Below are positions 62,391 to 64,000 of a DNA stretch of 64,000 nt, in pieces. A program made the translations under genes and the position numbers. Source of the DNA: Gemmatimonadota bacterium. GTDB lineage: Bacteria; Gemmatimonadota; Gemmatimonadetes; Longimicrobiales; Gaopeijiaceae. Numbering within the stretch: the stretch's first letter is position 1; each line of letters opens with the position of its first letter. The notes beneath the pieces are model-generated. The model had not been told where the DNA came from. It made no database searches and saw nothing but the letters and a program-made list of their open reading frames with translations. The stretch is from NCBI GenBank assembly GCA_039589315.1, contig JBDHHQ010000053.1:25931-89930 (forward strand), given 5' to 3'.

Positions 62391-62709
62391 CCTAGCCGGA
62401 GCGGACGCGAACGCGGTCGCGGCGTGTGTGTGGGTGTTGGGCCGTCGTGGAGGCTAGGTGCTCGAGCCCGAGGGAAATCTCCCCACATCAAGCTCCAAGC
62501 TTTCTCTTACAGAGATCCTGGAATCCAACGGCAATCTTAGGCATGAGTCAGTGGCCGTGGGACTTCGCTCCCGGATCCTCTCCGCTGGCTCCCAATGAGC
62601 TCGACCCGACGACTCGGTCCCATGAAGGACCTGCTGGATATGCTCAGGCCGCTCGGCGCGCGTTGCCACTCAGGTACGCCGATGCGCGGTAGTCAGAAGG
62701 GTCAAGCTC

Positions 62710-63438
62710 ATGCCGACGCCCCTGCCTGCGGAATCCGGTTCGAACGGTGGTTCTGGCGCATTGGCCGGCGAGCGTGGTCTGGCGGGCAGAGTCGCCCTCT
62801 CCTGGTCCGTCGCCGGTGGCGTCGCAGCCGGCGGCTTCCTGTTGATCCTGTCGACGGCCATGGGAAGCGGCAGTGGCGCGGGAATCCCCATCACCTCGAC
62901 CGCCCTCTTCGCCGTGGGAGCGGTGGTCGGATTCGTCCATGGCGCGATCCTCGGACTGGCCAGCCGGCCCCCGGGTGTGAGCTACGCCTCGTCCGTTCGA
63001 GGTCTGGAGTGGGCCGCACTTTGGGCGATCGCTGCCCTGCTGGTTGCCTGGGTGGCTACGCTCTGGCTGGCCATGACCACGGTGGCCCTGACGACCGGCC
63101 GCTTTTCCATTCTGCTGGGCGCCGCCATCGGTTGGATCTTTGGACTCGGTGCATTGGCCTGGGCGGCTGTCGAAGGCCGGTCGGCCCTGGGGCATGCGCT
63201 GCGAAGGTGGCCAGAGCGTCGAGCCGGATCCGTCCTCGTCTCCCTGACTTTCGCGACCCTCCTCGTAGCCTTCGTGGCGACCCGCCCCGAAATCTGGTGG
63301 ACCGATCTCCAGGTCTCCGGCTTCGGGGCAGTGCTCCTCGCTCTGGGTGCTACCTTCTGGATCGTGATCCCTGTTGTCATCGTCGTGCTCCACTTCCTTC
63401 ACCAGTGGTTGGCCGACAGTCCCATCTGGGATAGTTGA
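62710..63438 (+). CDS. Hypothetical integral membrane protein
   Basis: About 6 hydrophobic segments; plausible RBS. Confidence 0.65.
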   Translation: MPTPLPAESGSNGGSGALAGERGLAGRVALSWSVAGGVAAGGFLLILSTAMGSGSGAGIPITSTALFAVGAVVGFVHGAILGLASRPPGVSYASSVRGLEWAALWAIAALLVAWVATLWLAMTTVALTTGRFSILLGAAIGWIFGLGALAWAAVEGRSALGHALRRWPERRAGSVLVSLTFATLLVAFVATRPEIWWTDLQVSGFGAVLLALGATFWIVIPVVIVVLHFLHQWLADSPIWDS

Positions 63439-63499
63439 CCTTCGCATCCCCCGAGCTCGCTCTCCTCGGCTACGGATACCGCTCCTGGCGGCGCCGGCG

Positions 63500-64000
63500 C
63501 TACCGCCTCATGCTCACCGTCACGGGCCGCTCCCAGCCCGTGATGATCTTGGGCTGGTCTTCCAGGAGCTCGTTCAGCTCGACGACGATGCCGTTGACCA
63601 GGTCGGCCAGCTCCTGGGCCTTCACCTGGGCCTCCTGCTCGATGTCGGTCAACGCCTCCACCTGGCCGTCGGTGGGCCGTGCCTGGGTGAACTGCATCTG
63701 CCGGTTCACGAACCCCAGCTCCTCCGAGAGGCGCGGGTAGTCCCGGTAGTTCATGCTGCCCGGCGGCCGCGTGAGGTCGCCCTCCAGGTCCTCGATCTGC
63801 TCCTGGGCGCTTCCGGCGGTGGTCTTGATGGCGTCCTCGTTGGCCAGACCCTTGCCTTCGATGCTGCCCAGCAGATTGTCGATCTGTCCGTCGATGTCCT
63901 GGAGCGTGCCCACCATCTGGTTCAGTTGCGACTGCAGCTCCCGGGCCCGAAGACCCGCCGCCGTCCTGGCCTCATAGTCGGCCTGGGTGACGTTCGCTGC
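63500..64000 (-). CDS. C-terminal end of a large protein, probably BNR/VPS10-type glycosyl hydrolase family; starts beyond the window
   Basis: Frame open to the window edge: VTQADYEAR...helical region...NYRDYPRL...ARPTDGQ, typical of that family's tail. Confidence 0.55.
   Translation of the reverse strand, partial: AANVTQADYEARTAAGLRARELQSQLNQMVGTLQDIDGQIDNLLGSIEGKGLANEDAIKTTAGSAQEQIEDLEGDLTRPPGSMNYRDYPRLSEELGFVNRQMQFTQARPTDGQVEALTDIEQEAQVKAQELADLVNGIVVELNELLEDQPKIITGWERPVTVSMRR

Overview
GC-rich bacterial DNA, densely coding. The gene content is compatible with a Gemmatimonadota-like organism (inference only). Left to right: secreted sphingomyelinase-like EEP enzyme; NhaC-family transporter plus PLP Cys/Met lyase; RsmF-like methyltransferase; DUF5916 outer-membrane protein; two GT-C-type membrane glycosyltransferases (one TMTC-like); small hydrolases; a broken M19 dipeptidase; an FAD/BBE oxidase; an ArsM-like methyltransferase with an in-frame UGA and a SECIS-like hairpin (probable selenoprotein, missed by the ORF track); a membrane P-loop ATPase paired with an MscS channel; nudC; a complete quinohemoprotein amine dehydrogenase operon (qhpG-A-D-C-B-F-E) with an unusual gamma-subunit precursor; a CsoR-controlled copper island (divergent cupredoxin, PPPR-ending leader ORF, TolC, frameshifted CusB, CusA, CopB); a cluster of fused gene remnants; a frameshifted hybrid two-component sensor; an isochorismatase-OsmC-isochorismatase cassette; and a PAS-PAS kinase / REC-TrxB / Kef-zfUBP module. 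No rRNA, tRNA, CRISPR array or transposase was recognised. All family calls come from motif recognition by eye, without database searches.
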